In this document: in pieces, positions 40,664 through 52,751 of the stretch
How the letters are laid out: every line of letters starts with the position of its first letter
How positions within the stretch are numbered: the first letter of the stretch is position 1
Source of the DNA: Thecamonas trahens ATCC 50062
Lineage: Eukaryota; Protista; Apusomonadida
DNA length: 64,000 nucleotides
Reading direction: 5' to 3'
Assembly: GCF_000142905.1 (NCBI RefSeq)
Contig: NW_013657655.1
Location: forward strand, 248,001-312,000
Translations under genes and position numbers: made by a program
Notes under the pieces: model-generated
The model's input: the letters and a program-made list of their open reading frames with translations, nothing else
Databases searched by the model: none
What the model was told of the DNA's origin: nothing

Positions 40664-42142
40664 ATGGCTGGCTTCGATGTGCAAGGCGGGCCGTGGGCGG
40701 GCAGCGACAACGAGCCTCTGCTGGGAGGCGGCGGAAGTGGCGCCAGTGGGTCGTCGGGCCGGACGGCGAGCGGGCGGAGCCGGATGCGATCGATGAGCGG
40801 CCTGGGCGCAGCGACGGCCGTGGATCGGCTGTTTGTGCTGCGGCCCGAGTGCGGCTGCCTTCCAAGCTCGCTGCTCTGCTGCTTGCGGCCGGCGATTGTG
40901 ACCAACGCCGCCCTGCACCACGAGCCGGACGAGGCTGGGCGGCGCAGTGCTGTTGGTGAGGCGCCCGGCTACGGATCGGTGCAGGCGGTGGACGGCGCGG
41001 ACAAGGAGAGTGGATCGGGTGGGCCGACGCGTCCGTCACGTGTCCTCGCCCTCCTCGGGCTCACCATCCTGTGCGTCATGTCGGGCGTGGGCAACAACGT
41101 GACGTTTGTGCTCATGGCCGACGCCGTGCCGTCGCCATCGTTCCTCCTCTACGCCACTACTATTGTGTACACGCTGATGTACGGGGTGTGGTATGGGTTG
41201 CAGCGATGGTTTGGGGCGCGGAAGCGGATCCCGGTTCTGCCAGGCGCCGGCGACGAGCGCCACGCCGGGCGGATGTACTCGGGCCCGCGGCGCAAGATGC
41301 TCCTGCTCTACGGCGCATCCGTGGCCCTCATCACCGTCAACGGAGTGTTCTCGCAGTACTCGGACCCGCACGTCTCGGGCCTGCTCCAGTCGGTTGCCAA
41401 CCAGCTGACGCTGCCACTCACGGCTGCGCTGGCCGCCACCATCCTCAAGTCACCGCTGACCAAGGTCGAGTGGATCGGTGCCGGTATTGTGCTCATCGGC
41501 TCGCTGCTCCCCATCGTGCCGTCACTCATCTCGCCGTCGCCCACGGGCTCGGCCTCCAACTCGCCGTTTTGGATCGCCATGTTCCTTGTCTCGGACATTC
41601 CTTCTGCCTTTGTCAACATCGCCGAGGAGGCCATTCTCGACGACGAGGGCATGGCCGCCGATCCCATCCACTACCTCTTCTACACCAACCTGTTCACCAT
41701 TCCGCCGTACGTCGCTTGCATCTTTGTGGACCTCATTCCGGGCTTTGGCCCCGGCGGCTCGCTCACCGACGTCATGCACGCCCAGAAGGAGGCCTGGCAG
41801 TGCTTCTTCTCCTCGGTCGATCCACTGCCGCCCGGCTGCCGCCCGCACGCCTGGATCTACGTCATGGCGTTTTGCCTCGCGTACATCATCTACTTTTTCC
41901 TCCTCGCTGTCGTCACCAAGCACGAATCGGCCTCGTTCCAAGCCCTCGTCTCGGCCTGCGTCGTCCCGGCTTCGGCCATCGCCTTTTCGTTTCCCTGGCT
42001 CGTCGGCGCCAGCGTCGCCACTCCCCTCAACGACTACGTCCTCATAGGCATCGTCATCATCCCCATCGGCATCGCCGTCTACAAGCTGGATGACTTTGTC
42101 ACCGACCGCGTCGCCCCTGTCCCGCTCATTGCCCGTCACTGA
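40664..42142 (+). CDS. CRT-like (chloroquine-resistance-transporter-like) DMT-superfamily transporter
   Basis: About 10 TM helices; NQLTLPLT, IPSAFVNIAEE, Cys pair AWQCFF..PGC, VTKHESASFQAL..VPASAIAF; dileucine motif DNEPLL. Confidence 0.8.
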   Translation: MAGFDVQGGPWAGSDNEPLLGGGGSGASGSSGRTASGRSRMRSMSGLGAATAVDRLFVLRPECGCLPSSLLCCLRPAIVTNAALHHEPDEAGRRSAVGEAPGYGSVQAVDGADKESGSGGPTRPSRVLALLGLTILCVMSGVGNNVTFVLMADAVPSPSFLLYATTIVYTLMYGVWYGLQRWFGARKRIPVLPGAGDERHAGRMYSGPRRKMLLLYGASVALITVNGVFSQYSDPHVSGLLQSVANQLTLPLTAALAATILKSPLTKVEWIGAGIVLIGSLLPIVPSLISPSPTGSASNSPFWIAMFLVSDIPSAFVNIAEEAILDDEGMAADPIHYLFYTNLFTIPPYVACIFVDLIPGFGPGGSLTDVMHAQKEAWQCFFSSVDPLPPGCRPHAWIYVMAFCLAYIIYFFLLAVVTKHESASFQALVSACVVPASAIAFSFPWLVGASVATPLNDYVLIGIVIIPIGIAVYKLDDFVTDRVAPVPLIARH

Positions 42143-42484
42143 GCTGCGTCCCAAGCCGCGCTCTGCCACCTCTCGCCTGGCCCCACCCTGCTCTCTCTCG
42201 GTCGTCGCCTCGGTGCAGACTCTACGCAGACACCCGATGCCACCATTAGCCCCCCCCCCCCCTGATCCATGCCCTCATCCATCCGTAATCGTAAATCTCA
42301 GCTCCAAAGCACGCGCATGCACGCTGTGTCACCAATGCGCGTCATTGTCTCTATTTCGCCCGCCACTTCCACTTCCGCCACCTCCTCCACCACACGCCGT
42401 CCCCTCCCTCCCCCCTCCCTCCTGCCTACCCTAACCCTAAAGCACGAGCACACCTGTCTCCCAGCCCCCTTCCGGCCGGCACAC

Positions 42485-43404
42485 ATGGTCTCCAAGTTCA
42501 ACTTTGCCGCCCTGGCCACCCTGGTCACCGGCGGCTCGTTCTCCTTCCTCTCCTCCTCCGCCCCTTCGGCTTCGTCCGCCGCTCCGCCCTCGGCTGCCTC
42601 CGCCACCGCTCCGCCCGCTCCGCCCGTGCTGCCTGCTCCGCCCGCTCCACCTGGCTCGGCATCGGTTCCGGTCGCGCCGCCTGCATCCGGCCATGGCTCG
42701 ACACCGTCGTTCATGTCGTCGCTCTCGCGGCCAGTTCGCCCGCGTCCGCCGGGTGCCGCTACGCTCCGACGCGGGGCGGCGACGCTGGCGCGCGATGGCT
42801 CGCAGAACGCACCACAGACAGCCACAGGCTATGGAGCATGGCTGACTGCAGCAGGCAAGGCCGTGCTGGGAGTCACCGCTCTTGGAGGCGCAGGTGCGCT
42901 CGCTGTCTACGCCTACAACTGGCACAAAGCCCGCGTCCAGGCTGATGTGCGCAAGGTACGCCGCTGTCGTCGCTTCCTCTCTTCCCACCCCACCCTCCCC
43001 TCCCCCCCTGCATACCCTACTCACCATTGCTCTCTCCACCACCTACACAGCGATCTGAGCAGCTCCATCGCGAACGTGTGGCGGCGCTCGTGACCGGCTC
43101 GCCCGTCCCCGACGAGTACGTCGACCCAATCACCCTCGAGCTGATGAGCGACCCGGTCCTCACCGCCGACGGCCACACTTACGAGCGCGCCGCTATCGAG
43201 CGGTGGCTCGCCGACCACAACACCTCCCCCAAGACCGGCCTCCCACTTCCGTCCAAGGATCTCATCCCCAACTACGCACTCCGCAACGCTATCCAGCGGT
43301 TCGAGGCCGAAGTCCTCGCCGCCGCCGCAGACTACGAGATCGACAACCTCAAGCCGGTCGATCCGAAGGACACTCTCGGCCTTGCTGTCTCCTTCCACTC
43401 GTGA
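42485..43404 (+). CDS. U-box E3 ligase with Pro-rich region and transmembrane segment
   Basis: Exons 42485-42955 and 43051-43404 (GTACGC..CAG); VPDEYVDPITLELMSDPVLTADGHTYERAAIERWL..TSPKTG..LIPNYALRNAI. Confidence 0.85.
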
Positions 43405-43735
43405 ACCGAGTCGAGGATGCTCCCGTCCCTCCCCCCTCCTCCTCTCTGGCCCTTGCGTCATGTAGACCGACTCGGACTCGGCTGCCCAGTGTCCACACGA
43501 GGAGGGCAACAAAGACAACGAGGTGAAGTGCCTTGACCTTGAAGCATCCCTGCCCCATATCCACCGCCCAAACGTCTTGCTCATCCCCTCCCTCTACGCG
43601 CAGATCCAAGCATCAGGCACATTGTGGCGGACGGCATGACTTGCTGTCTCCCCGCCAAATGGCCAATCAGCCAGTCACCAGTCACCGCCGCCAGCACTGC
43701 CACCGCCTCTCTCGCACCCACCCAAACGCTCCATC

Positions 43736-44436
43736 ATGGCCTCTATGCCCGCCATTGTCGAGCAGATTGCGGCCTCGCCTGCTGTCCGCTCGCTTGTCCA
43801 CCGCTTCTCCGAGTCCTTCCGTGTGGCCTCTGGCTACCGCAAGTTCGGTACGTCCGTCCTCTTTGTCGTCTCCTCCCGCCATGCCCATGCCCCCCCCCCC
43901 CATGCCGCCTTTCTCTCGCTGCCCTTCCCAAAATTTCCCCTCGGGCCGACCACCCTGCCCCCTCCCCACCCCTTCCGTTTCACCCAGCACGCACCCGCTC
44001 CCGCTACCCACTCCCGACACACCCGCACACTGAGACTCACTTCAAGTTCCACACCGTTTACCTGCACTCCACTTGCCCACGCCCCTCCCCAACCCCGCCT
44101 CGCCGTCTACCCATTCGCCTTGCGACCGGATCGGATCGCTCACCCGCTCGCCGCTCGCCGCTGCCCAAATCGCTGCCGTCTGCTGCCACAGGCCTCCGCC
44201 ATGAGGACATCATCATGGAGTGCGATGTCGTGCAGGAGGCGATCAACCGCCTTCCTGAGGAAGAGCTCCAGGAGCGCAACTTCCGCTTCTCGCGCGCAAT
44301 CAACATCTCGGCCAAGAAGGCTACCCTCCCGGCTGCTGAGCGCACCTCGCCCGCTGACGACGTCGAGTACCTCACCCCGTACATCCGCAAGGTGCAGCAG
44401 GAGCAGGACGACCTCATCGAGTGGGACAAGTACTGA
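43736..44436 (+). CDS. QCR7: Cytochrome bc1 complex subunit 7 (14 kDa)
   Basis: Exons 43736-43847 and 44192-44436; ASGYRKFG|LRHEDII..VQEAINRLP..RNFRFSRA..YLTPYI. Confidence 0.93.
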
Positions 44437-44510
44437 TTCTTGCTCCGCCCCACCCGTCCCCCAATACACACACAACACACACACACCACTTATCAAAATG
44501 CTCGTCTTAA

Positions 44511-47500
44511 TCACTTGCGCCGCATGATTAGAACTGCAAGCAAGGCGCCCGTTGCAACAAGCCCGACGCCCGCCACTGCAGGCAGCGCGTAGCTCGTCCA
44601 CAATGCGTCGCTCTCGCCGGCCGCAGTCGTTGATGGCACAGCGTCTGCCGTCCCGCTTGAACCCGTGCCCAGAGCCACCTTGGCTGGCGCACTGGCAGCG
44701 GCATCGTCCCCAGCCGGCTCGACCGTGACTGAGACCGATGCGTTGGCGTCGGGCAAGATCTCACTCGGCTGGGCCACGCTCTCGCTCGCGCTGCCGTCGC
44801 CATCACCGTCAAGGAATCCAGCAAACCGCTCGCGGAAGCGCGAACGATTCTTCTTGAGCGAGCCGCCGAGCAGGCCCGAGGCCCGGTCGAAGGGGTAGTC
44901 GACGACAACGACCGAAGCTGGCACGTGCTCGTCGCCGAGACCCGCCGCGAGCGCAGCGTCACGGAACCCGCGCCGGAGGACGCCGGCGGTTGCCGGGTCG
45001 GCCGCCGCCGCCGCCTCGCTGGGCGTCACAAAGGCCACCAGCTTGCCCGAGTCGGAGAACTCGATAAAGACGTCGTCCACGCCATCGACGTTGGTGTACA
45101 GCGTCTCGAGCCCGTTGAGCGCCACCAGAGCTGGGCCCGACTTGCGGAGCGCAGAGACTCGCTCGACAATGGTGTAGGTGCCGCGGATGCTGTCGTACTG
45201 TGCCACGTCGCCAGTGGCGTACCAGCCCGAGCCAAACTCGCCGACGCCGTAGTAGCCCAAGTTGAGGTTCGGCGTCCGCACCAGGAGCTCGCCCACCGAG
45301 CCGACAGGCGCGTCTGGGAAGAGCTCCGGCAACGGATCCAGCTTGACCTCCACGCCCTTGGACGTGAGCACGTACCCGTTCGACGTGATTCCGCCGGTCT
45401 CGGTCGTCCCGTACGAGTCGACAAACGAGATGGCCGGGAAGACCGACTTGACCCACTCGACCAGGTGCGGCGCCGTCGGCGCGCCGCCCGTGGCCAAAAA
45501 CGCAATCCGCGGGCCAAAGAGTGACTGGATGTGGAGGTCGGCAGCGTCGCGTGAACCGGCTGCGCTGCCGATTGCCACCCACACCGCATGCAGGCCGGCC
45601 CAGATCCGCGGCGGACACGCCATTGCCGACGGCTTGAGCGCGGCGACAAGCTCGAACAGCGCCTCGACGTTGTTCGTCGTCCGCCCGCTTGGCACAAGCA
45701 TCTTGTCCTTCTTGGCTGTCTCGTGCTCGCGCCAGTTCGAAGCACCATAGTGCGCAAAGCCGACTCGCCCGCCCTTGGCCACAAACTCCCACATCTTCAT
45801 CCGGTCCGACGAGTGCGAGAGTGGGATGTAAGAGACAGTGATGAGCGGCCACGACGACGACGGCTCGGAGAGGTCGTTGACAAACGACTGTGGAGTGACC
45901 ATGACACCCTTGGGCGCTCCTGACGAGCCTGAGGTGTAGAGCAGCGTAAAAATGTGCTCGTGACCGGACGCCACGCCACGGCAGAGCCGCGGCTCCGGCA
46001 GAACATCCTTGAAGCCATCGACGCCACGTCCCTCGCCGCGCGCCAGAGCCTCCACCGTGGGCGTCAGCAGCGTCGCCAGCCGCTGGACTGCCACCTTGGG
46101 CCCAAACGCCGGGAGCTCCTCGTCGCCGTCGGCGTCCAGCACGATGACGTGCTGCACACTACCCAGCGCACTTGCTTCCAACGCCTCGAGCGACCAGCCT
46201 GCGAGCTCAGTCACTGCCGACGAAGCCACCACCTGCTTGGCACACCCAACCACGACCGGGCTTGCGTTGGCGAGCACTGCACTCGCCTCGCTGCACGTGT
46301 ACGTCGTGTGGATGCCGAACGAGCCGGCACCCGACAGTGCGCACGCCATGTCCAGCAGCGCAACCTCAAACGCGTTCGGCCCAGAGATGCCCACAAACTG
46401 ACCGAGCACCCCCATTCCGCCCAGCACCTCGGCGAGCCCGGCCGCGAGTTCGTACATCACCTTGTACGTCAGCCACAGGTAGCTGTCGTGCTCGACAAGA
46501 AGTCCCGCGTCGCGCAGTTGGCGGGTGAGCGGTGCAAGCGCCGGCGCCGACTGTAGCTTGCTCGGATCCGGCACGCCGAGTGCCAGCCGGGTGCTGAACA
46601 CCTCGGCCGCTGCCGTTAGCACGTCGGCCGGCGTCACGCCGTCAAGCGAGGCCGGGAACACCTTGTGCCGCAGGTGAGCTGGGTGCGCCGCATCAAAGGC
46701 AAAGGCGGCACCAGAGTCGGGATACACGTGCGCGAGAAACTCGCTGCGAACGCTGGCCTCGACGCCCGGGGCATCAAGTCCGTCGGCGAGCGCAGGCAGG
46801 AGCTTCCAGCAGTACGCGCAGTAGTTGGCCTCCGAGTCGAGCGAAACCGCTCGGAACGTGCCCCAGTCGTTGATCGTCTCCTCCACCAGCAGGCCGCACC
46901 CCGTGCACCACACCGAGGCCGAGCCAAAGACCATGGCCGGTGCACGGCTCGGGCGCGGCGCCGAGCCGGGTGAGCCGCCGCCGTCGGCGCCCGCACCGTC
47001 GTCCGGCGGAAAAATCCAGCCGGGGAACGAGGTGAGCCAGAACGGGACCTCAAAGCCGTAGCACTTGCCGGCTTCAACCAACGCAGCGCACGCCGCGCGG
47101 AACTCGCGCCACCGCTCTTCTTTCTCTGGCACCGACAGCTGCTTCGCCACCTTGACTTTGAACGTCGCCACACAGATGGCAAGCTTGCGCGCGACCAGTG
47201 CACCGTTGACTCGCGCAAGGCCAGCCGACGCCGACGCCGCTGGGCTCGCGTCGTCAAACGCGACGCTCGCCTGGATCGCCAGTTTGCGGAGCGTCGGCAC
47301 CAAGCTCTCGGACGCGTACGGCGCAAACGAGGCTAGCGCTCGCGCCACATCTGCCCGCGTCGCCCGCTCCGTCGACTTGAGCGCTGCCGACGCGGCCTCG
47401 AGCTTGGCCACCGCGGCAGCGTTCCACTTGGGCGTGCGGTCGGCAATAACGCTTGCGGCGTTGCGGAGGACGGCAAGCGCGGCGTTCATGGCATCAAGCC

Positions 47501-50500
47501 CGTGCGGGTCCTCGCACTGCGACTGTGAGTCGACAAACTAAAGTCGTACATCCACGCCTGATGCCGGTCAGACGCGTGCGACGGCGGGAGGATCGCACCG
47601 ATGACCGGTGGCTCGCCCGACGACTGCGATGCCAGCGCATCGGCCATGGCCAATACCAGCGTGCCACCGCTGCTGCCGCTCCCGCCAGTCGCACCCGGAG
47701 GGAGGACACAGACGTCGCCGGTGCAGACTGGCGCAGCAGCCGGCGCAGGGCTTGCTACCACCGCGCCGCCGCCACTCGCCCGCCACTGCGCCCGCTCCTG
47801 ACGTGCCTGCAGCCGCGTGTCCTCGGAGAGCGTCTCGAGCGTGGCGTAGATGCGGTCAAGCGCCTCCTTGTGGCGCGCACCGACCGCGCCGCGACGAACC
47901 TTGCCCAGCGCCGAGAGCATGCCGTTGGCGACACTCCACGGCTCGGTATCGAGAACAACATCGGCGGGAATGTGCTCCAACGGGAGGTTGGCGGCGCTGC
48001 CGGCTGCCTCCAGCTCGGCGAGAATGGTCTTGCGAGCGAGGTCCGGGGCAAGCGCCGCCACCGCGGCAGTGGGGACGACGACGGCCACAAGGCGGTCGGC
48101 GTTGCGGTCGGCGCAGAGCGCCAGACGCGCAACGCCAGGCGTCGCAGCATACGTCGACGCCTCCAGCGAGGCAGCCGGGACCCAGACAGATCGGCCCGAG
48201 ACGTAGAGCTCGACAACGTTGGAACGGCGGTCGATGATGCGGAGCCGCGGCTGCGGCTCGCCGGGTGTGTACGCCAGCTCGCCAATGTCGCCGGTCCAGA
48301 ACCAGCCGTCACCAAAGCGGCCGCGGTGGCGTCGGCGTTCTTAAAGTATCCGCTGGTCATGACCGATGGGTCCTTGGCACGGACCAGGATCTCGCCACGC
48401 GGGAACGGCAGGTCGCTGGCGAGGTAGCCCATCTCCGGCACGTCAACGAGGCGGACGTCGACGTCTGGCGAGAGAGCACCGTTGACAGAGATTCCCGGAA
48501 ACTCAGTGGTTCCGTACGCATCGTGGACCCGCTCCTCATTGCCCGGAACCAGCACGTGGGCCATAAGGGCCTTGACCTTGTCCGAGGTGTGGGCGCCGCC
48601 CGTGACGACAAAAATGAGCTCACCGCCAAGCGCAGCCCGGAGCGCGGCGTGGGCCCGGATCTCGTGGGCCTTGCCCCACCGAGTCTTGGCTACTGCCGCA
48701 TCGACAAGTTCATGGACGGCGGCCGACGAAGCGACGTCTTCAAGCGCGGCGGACGGCGCGGCGGCGGCAAGCGCAGCGGCAAAGTGCGGGTCAGGCACGA
48801 CTCGTGCCGCAAGGTCGGCCCGGTACGAGTCGTACACCCGGTTCCAAAAGTGCGAGAGGCCGAGCATGAAGCGTGGGCGGACGGCGCGCATGTCCTCCAG
48901 CAAGTCGTCAAAGTCTGGGCGCGCAAAGGCGATGCTCCCCCAGCCATGCATACCTGCCAGCACACACCGCGGTCGGCGCCGTGTGCCAGCGGCATGTACG
49001 AGACCGCCACCTTGTCGGTGCACTGGCCGATGCCGCCGTGCAGCGCATCGTTCTTCCACCGGGCTGCAGATACCGGGATTCCCTTGGGCGCGCCGGACGT
49101 GCCCGACGAGTACATGATGGTGGTCAGCTCGTCTGGTGCCTGGGTGGTGGAGCCTGACGCAGCCTCGATCGGCACAGACGTCGAGAGGCCGGTGTGCGAG
49201 CAGCAGACGTGGCCGGGCGCCGAGTGGAGGCCGCGGCCAGCAAGGAGGTCGTAGTCAAAGATCTGCAGTGAAGCCGGGACGGTGACTCCGCCAAACAGCG
49301 GTTCGCCGGTCGCGGCGGCCTCGGCGTTGGCGGTGGCGTAGCCCATGACAATCAGGTACTTGAACTTGGGAAGCGCCGCGCGTGGCTCGGAGCCCGAGTC
49401 GAGGATGCGGCGCCGCTGACGAGCTGCCGCCGCAGGATCGGCTCCGCCCAGGCCGGGCGTTCCACCGACGCCGCCGCCCATCATCGAGTTGATGCCCGAC
49501 GCCGCCATCATCTGGTTGAGGCCAAACAGCGAGCCAGCGGCAGCCGACGACGACGCCGCGCCCGACGACGCCGCCGAGCGGGCAGCTGCGGCAGCAATAA
49601 ACTTGCCAGCCTGGTCGTACGAGCACACAACAGCCTCCATTTCGGTCTCGGCCATAATGGCCTGGATCTCGTCTTGCGGCCACGAGGTGTGGAGGCCGAC
49701 CGAGACGAAAGCGTCAAAGACACAGGCAAAGTCTACAACGAGCCACTGCGGGCGGTTTTCTGCGCAGAGACCGACCTTTGCCCCCCGCGGGAGGCCAAGA
49801 AACGAGCTCATTGCACAGGCCAGCTGTGTTGCCTCTGCGCCCACCTCCTTGTACGTGGTGTACACGTACTCGCGGGTGCCCGACTGGGGTGCGAGTGAGT
49901 GAGTGTGGAAGGAAAGAAACCATTGCGACACGGGGGAAGAGGAAGGGGAAGGGAAGGGGGAAGGGGAGGGGCAAGGGGGGAGGGGGGAGGGGGGGGGAGG
50001 AAGAGAGAGGGAGGGGAGGGGAGGGAGGAGGAGATGCCACGTACTCCTTGACCGAGTAGAACGGGTCCTGTCCGGACATGGCAGCTGTGGTGTTGCAGCC
50101 GACAGAGGGGGGGCAACTGGGGGAGGGTGAGAGGGTGTAGAAGGTGGGGGGTGTAGGAGGTGGGGGGTGTAAGAGGTGCGGGAGGGGAGGGAGGGAGGGG
50201 GGGGGTGGAGTGTTTGCCTTGTCGCCTGACGACAGAGCCTGCCGTGTGGGGTGGGGTGCCTCGATAGTCTCTGGCCTGTGCAGGTCGTCGCCGTCGGCGT
50301 CAGCTCGATCGATCGGTTCGTTCGCACCGCACCTTGTATACCCGATCTAGGTTGGGGGGAAGGGCGAGGGGGAGGGGGGGGGAGAGGGCGGCTGTGGACG
50401 TGGTGGTCGCACAGGCGGCAGGTGCTGGTGGTGGAAGGCAAGAGGGGCGGGTGTTGGGGAGGGCGAGGGAGGGGGCTGCTTACCTCGTTGGTGCGTCCGG

Positions 50501-50591
50501 TTCCAAGAAAGGGTGCATCGTCATAGAGGGTAAACGCCCGCTGGAGTGCGTGGGCCACAGATGGGGCCTTTGCCACAAACGCGTCGGTCAT
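44511..50591 (-). CDS. Large tandem acyl-adenylating enzyme (two ACSL/CAR-like AMP-binding modules, Zn-finger-like linker, C-terminal TM); three apparent frameshifts
   Basis: Exon 50591-50484, intron to 49883. Module 1: IMYSSGTSGAPKG, YGTTEF, LVDVPEMGY..PRGEILVR, GWFWTGDIG, GMLSALGKVRR. Module 2: LLYTSGSSGAPKG, YGTTETGG, WYATGDV, GLLGGSLKKNR. Breaks near 48937, 48315 and 47540. It could be two genes split at 47489. Confidence 0.75.
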
Positions 50592-51125
50592 GGTAGGGGC
50601 CACAGCGGGTGGGCACGGGAGAAAGAGAGGTTGGCGAAGGTTTGGGTGTTTGGGTGGAGCGGATTAATGGTATGGGGGCTGAAGCGGTGGATCGATGCCA
50701 ACGACAGCTCTGAAACAGATGCTGATGGTGGAGGTGGAGCTGGTAGCTGCCTCATCGTACTCTTCCATACCTTCACTACACCCCCCATTGTTTCTCCACT
50801 ACACCCTCTACTGTTTCCCTCCTCGTCTGTGCCATTATCTTGCCCCGATGAGCTGCCATGCCCAAGTCAACCACCGCAGGTGTCTGGGAGTCACGCGGCA
50901 ATGAAGGATCGGAGAGAGAGACGGCAGTGACCGCGGTGGCAGGGAGGCAGACGATGACGGCGCCACGTGACCTTGCCCACAAGGCCTTCGCACACACCTC
51001 ACTAGTCCTCTCCCCCCACCCACCCACCCACCCACTCCCTCCCCTCCCTTACACACACTCCCCCCCCTCCCCCCCTCCCCCCTCCCCCCTCCCCCTCCCC
51101 CTTCCCCCCCCCCTCTCCCGCTGCT

Positions 51126-52751
51126 ATGGAGTCGCAGCACCTGCTGGCCAAGCCGGCGCCGGTTGTGTCCGAAGCCAAGGCTAAGCAGGCCAAGAAGACC
51201 AAGGCATCGCTCAACATCATCCTCTTCACGGGTACGTTGTCGGGTTGTCGGAAGAAGTGTGATAGAGCATGGGGAGTTGCCCATAGCCGCGCTGGGCTGC
51301 CTGCCGTCTCTGTCCCCCCCCCCCCCCCCCCCCCCTTCCCATCTCCTCGTCACTCACGCCCTTCAACAGTGTTCATCGGCTCGGCCATGTACACCATCGT
51401 GCTGCCGTCGATGCCGGCGTACATCACACAAGTTCATGCGCAGGCTTATGTGCTCGGATGGCTGGTCTCGGCCTTTTCGGCAGGCCAGTTCTTCCTCTCT
51501 CCGGCCCTCGGCATGTGGTTCAACGCGCGCAACGCGCTCGAGCCGCTGCTCTTTTCTGGCGCCCTGCTCGTTCTGGGCAACGTGCTGTACTCGATCGCGT
51601 GGTCCAAGTGGTGGCTGGTTGTCTCGCGGGTCATTATCGGCATGGGCGCGGCAAACGTGTCGGTCTGCCGTGCCTACGCGGCGGCGGTGACACCTGTCGA
51701 TAAGCGGACGGGCGTGCTCTCGCTCATTGCAGCTGCGCAGGGCGTGGGCTTTGTGGTCGGCCCGGCCATGGGCGCGGCCCTGGCATCGGTCAACTACAAG
51801 ATCAAGGTCGGCGGCTCGCTCTATCCCGACGGCGAGTACCGGATCAACAACGCGACTGCGCCCGGGTGGCTCTCGGTCGTGCTCTGCCTCATCAACCTTC
51901 TTGTCCTCGCTCTGTTTTTCACCGACATGTCGCGGGTGCCGCTGCCGATGGCCAAGCGTGGCGGCGAGGTGTACGACACCATCGACGACGACGACACCGA
52001 CGTGCCGGCCAAGATCCCCAACCGGCCGACGACGCCGACGACGCCGGTGCCGGATCCGCTCCCGCTGCACCTCATTCCGGCCCGCAAGTCGTGCGCCGGC
52101 GTGGACAAGACCCTCGATCTGGTGGCTATCTGCTTGGCCATGGCCATTTTCTTCTGCATCATCTCGTGCTTTGGCTGCTTTGAGACCACGCTCTCCAAGC
52201 TGCTCAAGGCCAACTACAGTTGGGGAACGGCCAAAGCCGGCATCCTCTTCATGTCGTGTGGTGTCATTTCCATCTTTGCATTTCTCACGATCAAGCCGCT
52301 GGGCAACGTCATCGGCGACCGCCTGGTCCTTGTTGTGGGCCTCGGCATCATGATCGGCACCGGCCTGTTGTGCATCGCGTACAACGGCGGACACGTTCCG
52401 CTCGTCCAGTTCCTTGTCGCCAACTGCATCTTCTCCATCGGCTATCCATACTCGTCGGCCATTATCTACGCACTCTTCTCCAAGATCCTTGGCGGCACCG
52501 ATCAGGGCACCATGATGGGCCTGCTGACCTCATGCGGCTCGGCGGCCCGGACGCTCGGCCCGCTCGCCGCCGGGTATGGCTACTACTACGGCGGTACCAA
52601 CACCGTCTATATTGTCATCGGCGGCTTGGCTGCGCTCGCTCTCGTCCTCACCCTGGCTGGCTGGTCCAAGCTCGTCACCTACGACGTCCTCCTCGACCGC
52701 AAGCTTGCCAAGTACCGCTCGTCGCGGCGGCTTGTCATCCAGTCTGCGTAG
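51126..52751 (+). CDS. MFS transporter, MFSD8/CLN7-like
   Basis: In-frame intron 51232-51369; IGMGAANVSVCRAYAA, GFVVGPAMG, TAPGW, ALFSKILGGTDQGTMMGLLTSCGSAARTLGP; N-terminal dileucine ESQHLL. Confidence 0.88.
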   Translation: MESQHLLAKPAPVVSEAKAKQAKKTKASLNIILFTGTLSGCRKKCDRAWGVAHSRAGLPAVSVPPPPPPPFPSPRHSRPSTVFIGSAMYTIVLPSMPAYITQVHAQAYVLGWLVSAFSAGQFFLSPALGMWFNARNALEPLLFSGALLVLGNVLYSIAWSKWWLVVSRVIIGMGAANVSVCRAYAAAVTPVDKRTGVLSLIAAAQGVGFVVGPAMGAALASVNYKIKVGGSLYPDGEYRINNATAPGWLSVVLCLINLLVLALFFTDMSRVPLPMAKRGGEVYDTIDDDDTDVPAKIPNRPTTPTTPVPDPLPLHLIPARKSCAGVDKTLDLVAICLAMAIFFCIISCFGCFETTLSKLLKANYSWGTAKAGILFMSCGVISIFAFLTIKPLGNVIGDRLVLVVGLGIMIGTGLLCIAYNGGHVPLVQFLVANCIFSIGYPYSSAIIYALFSKILGGTDQGTMMGLLTSCGSAARTLGPLAAGYGYYYGGTNTVYIVIGGLAALALVLTLAGWSKLVTYDVLLDRKLAKYRSSRRLVIQSA

